Shown: positions 9,744 to 19,460 of the stretch, one piece after another
How positions within the stretch are numbered: position 1 is the first letter of the stretch
Layout of the letters: every line of letters begins with the position of its first letter
Virus record (IMG/VR): IMGVR_UViG_3300031565_014867
Location: 1-64,000 of that record
Direction: 5' to 3' (one strand)
Source: a virus
DNA: 64,000 nt
Translations under genes and position numbers: made by a program
The notes under the pieces: generated by a model
What the model was told of the DNA's origin: nothing
The model's input: only the letters and a program-made list of their open reading frames with translations
Database searches by the model: none

Positions 9744-10823
9744 TTACGTGCCCACCTTGATTCCGAACTGTGCGCCGTTGACGCCCGAGACGGTCCATGC
9801 GGAGGATGTGTCCGGGTCCATTTCCAAGACCCGTTGGACCGACGTGTAGGAGTCGTCGGCAATGTTCGTCGCGTCCCCGTCACTTGCCGTGGTGCCCGAT
9901 TTGACGGTCTGGTAGATGTCTAGGTCGCCGGGAAAGGCCGTCATCCGCGGCTCCGTCTTGAGCACAACGCCCAAGATGTCTTCGTCCGTAATCGTCGAAA
10001 GGTCGGTGTACCCATAAAGGTCCTCATCGCCCTCGGTGCCACTCTCGACGAAGGAAGTGTCGTTGTCGGTCGGGTTGTCGTCGACCATCGCGTAGTTGTC
10101 GGTGCCGGAGGCGGGCGTCCAATCGCTGCTGTCGCCATCGGCGTCGGGGAAGATGCCCTCGACCATGATTTGCCCCAAGAAGTTGTTGTTGACCGTGCCG
10201 TCCGTGTCGCAGATGTAGATGTCGTCGAGGTATTGATAATACTCGTCACAACGGAACCGGACGAATCGCGTGTCCGCCCCGGTGCGCGTGTCGACATTCG
10301 AGTCGCTCAACACAGCGACGCCGTCGACGCGGACTTCGTAGGAACCGGCCGTGTCATGGCATACGACCTTCACCTCGAAATAGTGCCACCGGTCCTTCTT
10401 GTAGACCGCGTTGACCGTCGTTGCGAGGTGCGTGTTTCCGGCCCCATACACGGCGACCTTCCCGTCGTCGAGCAGTTTCAGAGCGAAGTTCCAATAGCTC
10501 GTCGACGGGCTGGTATGGGCCAGGACAACGAGGGAGTTGTTGTCGGGAAAGGACGAATCGAACTTGACCGCCAGACCGATGATCCAAGTGTCATCAGTTG
10601 GCACGTCATCGGCAGCGACGGCGTAGTAGAAATACTGGTAGTTGCTGTTGAGCGCAACGGCAGAACGCCCGCCGTTGCGACCTGTCGCCAACTGCATCGA
10701 CGAAGCATAGTTGCTCAAGCCGATGCCGTGGAAGTTGCTGTATCTGCGATTTAGACCATCGTAGACCGTGTCGCCGATCGTCGTTCCGAATGTTTCAAAC
10801 CCCTCGGCCAGTCGCAGAGCCAT
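9744..10823 (-). CDS. LamG/ConA-like lectin-fold virion protein, paralog 2
   Basis: Start MALRLAEGFE with GGAG SD; WHYFEVKV...YEVRVDG...LDDIYICD. Confidence 0.7.
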   Translation of the reverse strand: MALRLAEGFETFGTTIGDTVYDGLNRRYSNFHGIGLSNYASSMQLATGRNGGRSAVALNSNYQYFYYAVAADDVPTDDTWIIGLAVKFDSSFPDNNSLVVLAHTSPSTSYWNFALKLLDDGKVAVYGAGNTHLATTVNAVYKKDRWHYFEVKVVCHDTAGSYEVRVDGVAVLSDSNVDTRTGADTRFVRFRCDEYYQYLDDIYICDTDGTVNNNFLGQIMVEGIFPDADGDSSDWTPASGTDNYAMVDDNPTDNDTSFVESGTEGDEDLYGYTDLSTITDEDILGVVLKTEPRMTAFPGDLDIYQTVKSGTTASDGDATNIADDSYTSVQRVLEMDPDTSSAWTVSGVNGAQFGIKVGT

Positions 10824-10836
10824 CACACCATCTCCC

Positions 10837-11874
10837 TTAGCTGGTCTTTTTGAAGCCAAACTCGGCGGCGTTGACGCCCGCGGGTTCCCAGGCGGCGGAC
10901 GTGTCCGGGTCTTGCTCGAACACAGTGGCAACCGTCCTGAAGTTCGTCTCGTCGGTCACAGTCTCCGCCGCGGACTCAGACTCCGTGGTGCCGGATCGGA
11001 CGACGTGCGCGAGGTCCTGGTTGGCGACGGTGAGCTTGCGTGCGTCCGTGTTCACCTGCACGCCGCGAATCTGGTCGGGGCTGCTGGTGAGGTTTTCGTA
11101 GCCGTAGGTGTCCTTGGCGTCTTGCGTGGTTGTCGACACGTTGTCCGTGCCGTCCAGGTCGCTCGGGTTCTCGTCCACCAGCGCGTAATTGTCGGTGCCG
11201 CTGCTTGGTGTCCAGTCGGACGAATTGCCATCGGAGGTGGGTAGCAGACCTTCGACAAACACGGGGCCGATGAAATCGTTGTTGACCGCCCCGTCGCCGT
11301 CACAGATATAGATGTCGTCGATGAACTGGCCGGTGGTATCTGCGGCGAACTCAATCAGACTCGCCGGCGTGCCTGTGTCGACCCCGCTGCCGCTGGCCGA
11401 CTCGATGCCATCGACTCGCAGTTCCCAGCTTCCGGTAACCGCATCGATCACGACCTTCAGTTCGATGTAGTGCCACGCATCATCCCAGAAGACCGTCTCC
11501 TCGCCGCCTGAATCGCCACTGGTGCCGAGCGTTGTCGACCCCTCTTTGACGAAGATTCTCCCGGAGGCGTCGGTCTCCAGATCCAGCGAGTTGAAAATCC
11601 GTAAGATGTCATCTCCGTTGCTTGTGTTCCCCTTCATCGCGAAGCCGACGATCCAGGTCGTCTTTGTATCGGGGAACTGCTTGCGAAACCCGAGACCCGA
11701 GTAGCCTTGGCATTCCAGGCTCTTGCCCAAGAAACGGCCTTCCGCCAGATACCCTGCAGAAGAGAACCACGACGTATCCCACTTCGCGGCAATACCGGCC
11801 TCCACGCCGGTCTGGGTGGCCGCGCCGGTGCCGGTTCCGTAGAGTTCAAAACCTTCGATCCAGCGTAGTGCCAT
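10837..11874 (-). CDS. LamG/ConA-like lectin-fold virion protein, paralog 1
   Basis: Start MALRWIEGFE with GAGGAG SD; WHYIELKV...WELRVDG...IDDIYICD. Confidence 0.7.
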   Translation of the reverse strand: MALRWIEGFELYGTGTGAATQTGVEAGIAAKWDTSWFSSAGYLAEGRFLGKSLECQGYSGLGFRKQFPDTKTTWIVGFAMKGNTSNGDDILRIFNSLDLETDASGRIFVKEGSTTLGTSGDSGGEETVFWDDAWHYIELKVVIDAVTGSWELRVDGIESASGSGVDTGTPASLIEFAADTTGQFIDDIYICDGDGAVNNDFIGPVFVEGLLPTSDGNSSDWTPSSGTDNYALVDENPSDLDGTDNVSTTTQDAKDTYGYENLTSSPDQIRGVQVNTDARKLTVANQDLAHVVRSGTTESESAAETVTDETNFRTVATVFEQDPDTSAAWEPAGVNAAEFGFKKTS

Positions 11875-11901
11875 GTGGCGTCTCCTCTGCGCATTGGGTA
11901 A

Positions 11902-11936
11902 CACCGATCGGGCGCGCTTCCCGCGCCCGATCGGTG
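11902..11936. terminator. Perfect 15-bp intergenic hairpin (terminator or processing/stability element)
   Basis: CACCGATCGGGCGCG-CTTCC-CGCGCCCGATCGGTG; U-tract is weak. Confidence 0.5.
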
Positions 11937-11955
11937 GCGGTGCGGGCTTCGGTGC

Positions 11956-12519
11956 TTAGGCCGTGACCGTGTAGGTGGCCTTGAGTTGGTCGCCGTTCTG
12001 GACGTCCACGTCACCCGAGTCGAACAGGGCGGTGGCCCAGAGGGTCGAGCCGGCCGCGTGGTCGCCCTTGTTCTCCGGGGCCGTGCCGCCGCCGACCAGG
12101 AACAGGCCCTTGATCGTGCCCGTGGCCGTGATGTCGAACACGACGACCGTGCCGTTGGTGATCGTCTGGGATGCGGCGGCGTCGGGGTTCCACACCGGCC
12201 GGGTCGTGGCGCTGTCGCCGTTGCCGGGGTCGGTGTAGTCGGCGAACTCGTCCCAGCCGTTGCCCGCCTGGTCGATCTCGTCGTAGGTGTCGGCGGCTGC
12301 CAAGGCGGTGAAGTTGGCGTTGTCGATCAGCCCGAGATACCAGGTGGTGATCTGCGTGGCGGCATCGAACTGGGTGTTGAGGATCTGGTCCTTGCCCTCG
12401 TTGGTGATACCGTTGGGGAATTCATACACGCCGATCAGTCGGCCGTCCCGCCAGTGTTCGACCTGGAAGCGACCACGAGGGCTGAGGTTCGAGGCGGCCT
12501 GGGGCTTAGTGGGGCGCAC
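11956..12519 (-). CDS. Minor tail/virion protein; possible true start at 12564 interrupted by an in-frame TAG
   Basis: N.ITNEG...L pattern of small phage tail proteins; lies directly downstream of the tape measure gene. Confidence 0.65.
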   Translation of the reverse strand: MRPTKPQAASNLSPRGRFQVEHWRDGRLIGVYEFPNGITNEGKDQILNTQFDAATQITTWYLGLIDNANFTALAAADTYDEIDQAGNGWDEFADYTDPGNGDSATTRPVWNPDAAASQTITNGTVVVFDITATGTIKGLFLVGGGTAPENKGDHAAGSTLWATALFDSGDVDVQNGDQLKATYTVTA

Positions 12520-12599
12520 GATCTCGACGCCCGCCTTGTTCTAGAGGTTGAGGTGACTTTTCATCGTCGATCTCCAGAGAAGAGAAGGGTGGGATGGGA

Positions 12600-15500
12600 C
12601 TACAGGGTGGACGTGCCGCGCCGCAGTTCGCGCCGGACGCCGGCGGCGATGGTTCGCGCGGTTTGACGGGCGGACTGACCGCCTTGAACGCTGACGTGGA
12701 TGTCGCCAATGTTCGTGACCGGCCCGCCCTCTTGGCGGTAGACCGGCCGAACACCGGCGTTGATCGCTACAAGCTCGGAGAAGAACCTGCGGGCCGACCG
12801 GGCGTTGACCACGAACTCGCCAGGAGAGAGCATGGCCGGAATGGTATCGGTGCCCTGCGGCAGAAAACCGCCCCCAGCCAGATGGCGGGCGACTTGGACC
12901 AGGCCGCCGGCCGACAGTTTTTGGACCAACCCGCCCTTGGCCGAGGTCACGGTCGCAGCGGTCGGGATGCTCGGCATATTGATCTGACCGCTTGCCCGCG
13001 CCATTCGCTCGAACGCATCGGCTGCGGCCAAGCTCGATTCGGCCAGGGATCGGGCCGGGCTGGTCGCGTTGCTCAGGTTGAATTGAACCTGGCTGGTGGA
13101 GGTGGCGGCCCGTTTGCTTTCCTGCTCGACCTGGTAAAGGAACCGCTCGACCTGGCGGAGTTGCTCTTCCCCGCCGCCCTCGGCGAACGGGTTGCCTTTG
13201 AGCTTTTCTCGAACTTCCAGGCTCTCTTGGAGGATCTGCAAGTTCCGCCCCAGAGCGTCATACTCGGCGCCGACGATGAAGCCCTTGTTCTCTTCGTAGA
13301 ACGCCCGGGCACGGTTGAACAAGTCGATGAACTTTTCGCGGGTCAGGTCCGAGCTGCTGTTGAGCCGGACCATCTCCTCGGTGAGCATCGTCAAGCCCTG
13401 TTGGGTATCGCTCAGCTCCTTGGTCCGCTCCGGGCTGTAAAGCCACCCGAGGAATTCTGTTTCGGTGAACCCGACCGGATCGAGCGGGTCGCTGACATTA
13501 CCGCGAATCCGCACGAAGTTTTGCCGCAATTGTTGCTCAGCAACTCTCGCTTCGGCCCGCTGCCGTAGCAGTTCGTTGCGCCGGTCGAATTGCTTCTGAA
13601 CCGCCTCGCCGATCCGGGCGACGTCGCCCGCGAACTTCTCGCCGCTGAGGGCTTCCAGATCGGGAAGGAACCGAAGCTTCACTTCGAGGTCACGGGTCGA
13701 TTCCTCGATCTGGGCGTTCAGACCGGCCAGCGCCTCGGGGGCGGCCCGAAGGGTTTTGATCTGGGTCGAGTCGAGTTGCCGGGACAGGTTGCGGCTGAGG
13801 TTGGTCAGATCGATGATCTGCCCAACGTCGAGGCTCTCGCTGGTAAGGGCGATCCGCCGGAACTCGCGGAACGCCTCCTGGTAGCTCGCAAGCCGCTTCG
13901 CCCGCTCGGCCGCCGGGAGTTCCTTGTCGTCCTCGAATAGACTGGCCGACTCTTGCAGCCGCACGGAGAGAACCTTGAGGCGGTCCAGGTTGCGATTCTC
14001 ACGGTCTGCCGCTCGCTGCGCCTCTTGGGCTCGGCGCTGTTGGCTCTGCCGCAGTTGCTCCTCGGCGACAAGCTGCTGCTGTAAGACACCTCGGACGGCT
14101 TCGGCTGCTTTGGCTTCGAGTTGCCGGTTCTTCGTCCGATCGGCGATGGCCTCGGCCTGTTTGGCGAAGGCCGCCGCGCGGTCGAACTGGGCCAGGGCAT
14201 CGCTCGTCTCTTCCGTGGTGGTGGCGCGGGCCAACAGCGCCGCAGCATACTCGGCGACCTTCTCTGCACGCTGGGTGTACCGCTCGAACTGCCGCGTGTC
14301 GCCCAGTCGCTTGTTGTTCCGCTCGAAGGCGTCGTCGGAGAGCCGATCCCGGACTGAGATGCTCCGCCGTTGCGACTCGGTGACGGCCGCGATCGCGTCC
14401 TCTTCCATCTGCTGGTAGCGGCGAACCCGGTCTTCCTGCACGCGGATGATCGCGTCGGCCGTGCTCTTCGTATCTTGGACAAGTCGTTCGTTCGCCTCGC
14501 GAGCGGCATCGACGTTCTGGAAGTGGAGCTTCCGCTGCTCGGCGATCTGCTGCTGGACAATCTGCTGGATCTTCTTCGACGCCTGCTCGGCCGCTTTGAC
14601 CCGCTCCTCCTCGTCGGCGCGGAACTTCCGCATGACTTCCCGCGACGCCTCGGTGCGGATCTTGTCGTACTGCCGACGCTGCTCGACGATCCAATTGCCG
14701 ATCCCCTCGCCGAGCGACTTGGCGATGCCGGCCGCCGCCAGCCCGGCCGCAAAGCCACCGATGGCCTTGTTGGCAAGCGACGCATCCTTCGCCAAGGTTC
14801 GGGCCTTCAGGCTCGCATAGGCCGCCTTCACAGCAAATGCAGTCAAGGCCAGCGCCCCCGCGCCCAACACGGGCACTAGGGCCTTACCGACGCCAATCAG
14901 CGTGTCCACGCCGCCGATCACACCGAAGAAATCGCGGGCCGTCTTCACCAGGGCCGTGCCCAGTTCGACGGTGAAGAAGTTCTTGAGCTTGTTCAGGTCT
15001 TTCGTGACTTGCTCAACGTCCGTCTCCATGATGGCCTGGAACTGGTCGTTCAGTTCCGTGAGGTCCGTCTTCTCCAGTTCCGCCAGGCTCCGCTCGAACG
15101 CATCGGCCCCGGTCCCGGTCAGTCGAAGCACTGCGTTGAGGCCCCGCACCCGCGGGAAGAGCTTGGCGATGGACGTGGTGGAGCCGTCGGTGGTCGAAAT
15201 CACCGCCTTCATCGCACCGACGAAGCCGAGTGCCGACACAGCTTGCTCGCCCGACTCGTACCCTAACTGACGCAGGGCCTTCTTCATCGCCGTGGTCGGT
15301 TTGACCAGCGCGGTCATCGCGCCACGAATCTGCGTGGCGGCCTCGGCCGTCTTTACGCCGCCGATCGTCACGGCTGCATACGATGCCTGCAATTCGTCGA
15401 GACTGATGCCAAGCTGCGCGGCCATCGGCGCGGTCCGGCCGAAACTGACGGCCAATTCGCTCGCTCGGGTACGGCCCAGCTCGATCGTCTTGAAGAACTT

Positions 15501-16475
15501 CGCTGCGACCGTTTCGGATTCCGACGCATCCTTGCCGAAGGCGTTGAGCGTACCGGTGAGCAAGTTGACCGAATCCTCGGTGCTCGCTACCGCAACCTTC
15601 GAGAACTTCAGCGAGGTGGTCAGCACGTCGACCTGGTTGGCCGTGCCCTGAATCTGGTTCGAGATGACCTGATACAGGCCCTCGCTCACATCGCCGAGCG
15701 GTTGGTTGAATTCGTCCGACAGGCCCCGCACCGTGGCGGCCAACTGATTGAGGTTCTTGACCGGCGAGATGGTGCGAATCTCGGCGATCTGCCGCTGGAA
15801 GTCGATCGAGTCGTTGTAAGCGTCGTTGATGGCGTTGCGGACCATGCTCAGCGCACGGACGATCATTTGCGTCGCCACGACGCGGGCCAGCGTCTCCCAA
15901 CTGATCGTCAGGGCCTTGGTGGAGCGGGTGCCCGTCTCGCCCAGCTTGCCGTAGGACTTCTCGACCCGCTGGAGCCCATCAGCGATCTTGTTCTCCGCGC
16001 CGGTGAAGCTCTGGCCGAGGTTGTTTTGGATGCGGCGGACGTCATCGAGTGACTTGCCCGACCGCTTGGCGTATTCGGCAACCTTGGTGGCCGCACTCTC
16101 GAAGGCCCGCTTGTGTTGGGTACGGGCGACAGCCGGTATCTCGCCGAACTTGGCCTTGACGTTTTCCAGATGGTTCAGGACCGAATCGGCTTCCGAGCGG
16201 GTCGACGCTGCTGTCCCCGAAGTGCCTGGAGTCGATCCTGTTGCTGCCCCGCGTGCCCGTGCAAGTCGGTCGAGACTGGCGAATGCCCGATCCGCCTCAC
16301 TCTTGATCCGCTTCAGCGCCCCGACCGTCTTGCCGGCCCGCTTGTTGAACAGATCGAGACCTTTGCCCGTCCCACCGACTGTTTTCTCGAACTTCGCCAA
16401 CACGCCGTCCAACTCGCGCAGCGTGTTGAGCGCTTGCGAGGCATCGAAGCCGAGTTTGGACGTGAGTTCTTCCAT
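12600..16475 (-). CDS. Tail tape measure protein (TP901-like core)
   Basis: 1291 aa, helical and Ala-rich; TP901-type segment (ELGRTRASELAVSFG...AATQIRGAMTAL); C-terminal GTDTIPAMLSPGEFVVNA motif. Confidence 0.92.
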   Translation of the reverse strand: MEELTSKLGFDASQALNTLRELDGVLAKFEKTVGGTGKGLDLFNKRAGKTVGALKRIKSEADRAFASLDRLARARGAATGSTPGTSGTAASTRSEADSVLNHLENVKAKFGEIPAVARTQHKRAFESAATKVAEYAKRSGKSLDDVRRIQNNLGQSFTGAENKIADGLQRVEKSYGKLGETGTRSTKALTISWETLARVVATQMIVRALSMVRNAINDAYNDSIDFQRQIAEIRTISPVKNLNQLAATVRGLSDEFNQPLGDVSEGLYQVISNQIQGTANQVDVLTTSLKFSKVAVASTEDSVNLLTGTLNAFGKDASESETVAAKFFKTIELGRTRASELAVSFGRTAPMAAQLGISLDELQASYAAVTIGGVKTAEAATQIRGAMTALVKPTTAMKKALRQLGYESGEQAVSALGFVGAMKAVISTTDGSTTSIAKLFPRVRGLNAVLRLTGTGADAFERSLAELEKTDLTELNDQFQAIMETDVEQVTKDLNKLKNFFTVELGTALVKTARDFFGVIGGVDTLIGVGKALVPVLGAGALALTAFAVKAAYASLKARTLAKDASLANKAIGGFAAGLAAAGIAKSLGEGIGNWIVEQRRQYDKIRTEASREVMRKFRADEEERVKAAEQASKKIQQIVQQQIAEQRKLHFQNVDAAREANERLVQDTKSTADAIIRVQEDRVRRYQQMEEDAIAAVTESQRRSISVRDRLSDDAFERNNKRLGDTRQFERYTQRAEKVAEYAAALLARATTTEETSDALAQFDRAAAFAKQAEAIADRTKNRQLEAKAAEAVRGVLQQQLVAEEQLRQSQQRRAQEAQRAADRENRNLDRLKVLSVRLQESASLFEDDKELPAAERAKRLASYQEAFREFRRIALTSESLDVGQIIDLTNLSRNLSRQLDSTQIKTLRAAPEALAGLNAQIEESTRDLEVKLRFLPDLEALSGEKFAGDVARIGEAVQKQFDRRNELLRQRAEARVAEQQLRQNFVRIRGNVSDPLDPVGFTETEFLGWLYSPERTKELSDTQQGLTMLTEEMVRLNSSSDLTREKFIDLFNRARAFYEENKGFIVGAEYDALGRNLQILQESLEVREKLKGNPFAEGGGEEQLRQVERFLYQVEQESKRAATSTSQVQFNLSNATSPARSLAESSLAAADAFERMARASGQINMPSIPTAATVTSAKGGLVQKLSAGGLVQVARHLAGGGFLPQGTDTIPAMLSPGEFVVNARSARRFFSELVAINAGVRPVYRQEGGPVTNIGDIHVSVQGGQSARQTARTIAAGVRRELRRGTSTL

Positions 16476-16554
16476 TGCTGTCGAAGCCGACGCGACCCGT
16501 CAGCGCGGGTCTTGGCCGAACGGCCGTGGAGGTGGAATGCGTGGGGCCGGCCGA

Positions 16555-17067
16555 TCAAGAGACCTTGATGCGGACGGCCTTGATGTGGCGGCGGGGGTCG
16601 GGCAGCCGCACCTTTTGGGCGAACTGCCGAAACGCTTTGGCGCCGGCCTCTTGGAACTGGTAGGGGCCGGGCTGTTTCAGTCGGTAGAAGAGTCCGGGGT
16701 CGGGAGTGATATTGGCGTTGTTGAACTCGTTGTAGATGAGGTGTTCGAGCGTGGTCGCATAGTGGAAGTGGTACGTGCCCTTGCTTCGGTCGATCTCCAG
16801 GCCGCCGTCACCGGCACGCCGACCTTTACTGCGGCGGTCGGGGGCAACTCCGGCTGTCCCGGCCGTGAGCGAAAAGCCTACGGCCCGGGCCAGGTGGTAG
16901 AACGTCGAGACCGACGCTCCACTCCACACGGGGATCAGGGCGACGACCGTGGCGTCCAACCATTCATGGGCCGCCTCGGCAATCGCCTGGCTGAAGTCCT
17001 CGTGCAGGGCCGCCCGGTAGCCGGTCAGGTCGATGCGTGGTGCGCGGAGCGTTCCTTTGAACTTCAT
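16555..17067 (-). CDS. Putative neck/tail-completion protein (HK97 gp10-like)
   Basis: 170 aa, basic; IPVWSG resembles the PVxTG motif of gp10-like proteins; lies in the tail operon. Confidence 0.45.
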   Translation of the reverse strand: MKFKGTLRAPRIDLTGYRAALHEDFSQAIAEAAHEWLDATVVALIPVWSGASVSTFYHLARAVGFSLTAGTAGVAPDRRSKGRRAGDGGLEIDRSKGTYHFHYATTLEHLIYNEFNNANITPDPGLFYRLKQPGPYQFQEAGAKAFRQFAQKVRLPDPRRHIKAVRIKVS

Positions 17068-17079
17068 GGTCAGCAGCCC

Positions 17080-17343
17080 TCACCCTCTCGGCGGCTCGGC
17101 GGCGCCCCTGGGCATCCGTGCCCCGGCCAGGTGAGCCTCCCGCTCCGCTTTGTCGTGATCCCGCACCTGGTCGTAGGCGAGAATCAACGCCTGGGTGTGG
17201 ACGCCGCAGTCCTCCCAGTTGGCCTTCACTCCTGGCGGCCGGACGCCGAGTCGCTCGCAGGCTCGCCAGACGGCGTACTCTCCGGTTCGGTACTTGGGCC
17301 AGAGGATGCGTCGCTGGCCGGCTGCTGACCACGTAGAAAAACC
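17080..17343 (-). CDS. -1 frameshift extension of the tail chaperone (gpGT-like)
   Basis: Slippery G-GTT-TTT-C at 17343-17336; the -1 frame stays open (STWSAAGQRRILWPKYRTGEYAVWRACERLG...) to 17080 and has no own start. Confidence 0.7.
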   Translation of the reverse strand, partial: GFSTWSAAGQRRILWPKYRTGEYAVWRACERLGVRPPGVKANWEDCGVHTQALILAYDQVRDHDKAEREAHLAGARMPRGAAEPPRG

Positions 17344-17774
17344 TGCCGCGCCTCTTCGAGCTTCGCTTCGTCCAGGCAGTTGGCTTCCCAGACGAGCCCA
17401 ACGACGCGGTTGATCTCTACCTGCGAGAAGCCCGCGTTGCGGAGGTCTTCGGTGTAGTTCGTCCACGTTTTGGGGTTGTCCGGGTCGACGGTGTCCCACT
17501 CGACCTCGGACGGTTCGAGCGACTTGACGACCATGTAGGCCACGCGGCGGCGGCCGTGGGCGATCATGGCGCTTCGCCAATTCGCATCGTCTTCGTTCGG
17601 TTCCTTGCCCGCCTTGGTCAGGCGAACAGGCGGCTTGGGCTCGGGACACAGCTTGTCGAACTCGTCCATGTCGGCCAGGCCACGGGCGCGAAACACGATC
17701 TGGTCTTCGCCGCGCGGCAGGACAAGGACCTCTTCGGCCGGCAGTGTGCCGGGGTCGATTCCACCGATCTTCAT
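17226..17774 (-). CDS. Tail assembly chaperone (gpG-like)
   Basis: Between major tail and tape measure genes; low-complexity Ser/Pro tail after a slippery site. Confidence 0.7.
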   Translation of the reverse strand: MKIGGIDPGTLPAEEVLVLPRGEDQIVFRARGLADMDEFDKLCPEPKPPVRLTKAGKEPNEDDANWRSAMIAHGRRRVAYMVVKSLEPSEVEWDTVDPDNPKTWTNYTEDLRNAGFSQVEINRVVGLVWEANCLDEAKLEEARQVFLRGQQPASDASSGPSTEPESTPSGEPASDSASGRQE

Positions 17775-17833
17775 AGGTAGGCTCCGATTGGAGGGATGTG
17801 ACAAGGGGAAGGAGAGGAGGAGGGATCGCGAGA

Positions 17834-18592
17834 CTACGATTGGCTCTCGCGGCTGATGGTCGGCTCGACGGCATTGCACCGGCCGCTGACCGAAACGGTT
17901 GCCTCGCCCAGGTCGAACTCCTTGCTGTCAGCGCGGAAGTCGGGGAAGATCGAGATTTCCATGTCGGCACCGCCGCAGGGCGGGATGTGCTCGACTTCGA
18001 CGTCCACGGCGAAGGGTTCACACGGGTCGGCCGAACTGCTTACCCACTCGGCGGCCCCGCCACGACCCTTGATGGCATCCATCGGCGTGATGGCCTCGCC
18101 CGTGCCGGTGGTGACAAACTCGTAGACGAAGTCGAGGTTCACGTCCATCGGCACCTGATTGCCTTCGCGCACGGTGTCCAACTGACCGCGATCCAGTTCG
18201 TACTCGTACTCCGAATTCTCGGTGTACGTCAGGTTTCCGTCGCCGACCTTCACGTCAATCTGCTGTGGCAGGAACGTAATCACGGCATCATCGACCGGGA
18301 TGCCGTCGGCGGTGGCCAGTGCCGGCGTGAACTCGATGTTCGTGGTCGTTGCGCTGCCATCGGCGGGCGTGCGGCCGGTGACGGTGTAGGTCACGTCGGT
18401 CGCGCCGACGACGGTGAATCGGGCTCCGATCGGAACCACGTCGGTCCCCAGCTTGCCGTTGACGACGATGGTGTCGATGTCAAAATCCGTGTCGCCGTCA
18501 GCAGGCGGCGTGGTCGATTCGTTGACGGCGGCCGTGCCGCTGAAGCCGTCAAGAATTCTGATTGTAGCGTGTCTCAACTCTATACGCGCCAT
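17834..18592 (-). CDS. Major tail (tube) protein
   Basis: Acidic, Thr-rich, ~250 aa, directly upstream of the chaperone; AGGAG SD. Confidence 0.7.
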   Translation of the reverse strand: MARIELRHATIRILDGFSGTAAVNESTTPPADGDTDFDIDTIVVNGKLGTDVVPIGARFTVVGATDVTYTVTGRTPADGSATTTNIEFTPALATADGIPVDDAVITFLPQQIDVKVGDGNLTYTENSEYEYELDRGQLDTVREGNQVPMDVNLDFVYEFVTTGTGEAITPMDAIKGRGGAAEWVSSSADPCEPFAVDVEVEHIPPCGGADMEISIFPDFRADSKEFDLGEATVSVSGRCNAVEPTISRESQS

Positions 18593-18614
18593 TACTACAT
18601 CTCCTGTCAAGAAA

Positions 18615-19460
18615 CTAGAGGTAACAAGTTCCGTGTGGCCAATTGCCAGACTTAGCGTGTTGCTGAAGACGCCATCTAAGTGTGCTGTAATTCACACCCA
18701 AGGCTTCAGCAGCTTCTTTGACACAGCCATACTCGGCTCCATCCACAAGGACACGTTTTGCGCGGTGGGACTTTGTGCCCTTGCGTGATTCACTCATGCG
18801 ACGGCGGGCTTGAGGCGAAGCCTTCCGCCCCTTTGAAGCCAAACCGATTTGTCGGCCATGTTCCTTTCGATCAAAAGGCTCATAAGTAGCTTTGCCGCTC
18901 TCGACAAGTCGCCGCACTGTTTCACGGGACACTCCGAGACCTTCTGCTGCATCCTTCATGCAACCATATCGAACACCGTTCAGAACGGCGGATTTGGCAC
19001 ACGGATGGTCCGCGCCCCGCCCGTTCATCTCGCGAAGGCGAGTAAGCACTTCCGGGCTGCATTCTCTTCCTTTGCAGGCTTCACTGATCTTTCGGCGGGT
19101 TTCCTCAGAATGCGGGCCAAGCTCGCTTCCGCTGTGAGCTTCACTCATCCTCCGTTTGGTTCCATCCGACGCTTGCCACCCAAGCGATCCATCACCACCC
19201 AGCGTTAGGTTGTACCCAGATGGTGCGAAGGTGTCTAAAGCGAGGACTGTACGGTACTCCATCATCTTGGCCCATCGATCATCTCCCTCGTACCAAGGTT
19301 CAAATAGCAGGCTGTTGATTCCGTACTTCTGGATCGCTTGATAAACAAGTTGTGAACCATGCCCTGAGATGTGCTCTCGACAACGTCTCTCAAAGTCGAC
19401 AGTAGCACCGACATACTGCTCACCAGTGATGAGGTTCGTTATGACGTAGACCGTCGTCAT
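18615..19460 (-). CDS. Free-standing GIY-YIG homing endonuclease with NUMOD3-type repeats
   Basis: VYVITNLITGEQYVGAT...R.REH...GYNLTLGGDG; HSEETRRKISEA-type repeats; more AT-rich than its neighbours. Confidence 0.9.
   Translation of the reverse strand: MTTVYVITNLITGEQYVGATVDFERRCREHISGHGSQLVYQAIQKYGINSLLFEPWYEGDDRWAKMMEYRTVLALDTFAPSGYNLTLGGDGSLGWQASDGTKRRMSEAHSGSELGPHSEETRRKISEACKGRECSPEVLTRLREMNGRGADHPCAKSAVLNGVRYGCMKDAAEGLGVSRETVRRLVESGKATYEPFDRKEHGRQIGLASKGRKASPQARRRMSESRKGTKSHRAKRVLVDGAEYGCVKEAAEALGVNYSTLRWRLQQHAKSGNWPHGTCYL

Noticed and set aside
2222-11874. Diversity-generating retroelement acting on tail genes
   Set aside because: No reverse transcriptase in the window and no TR/VR pair differing only at adenines; the similarities are ordinary paralogy
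18615-19460. Group I intron around the GIY-YIG gene
   Set aside because: The ORF is coupled to intact flanking genes, leaving no room for a ribozyme core
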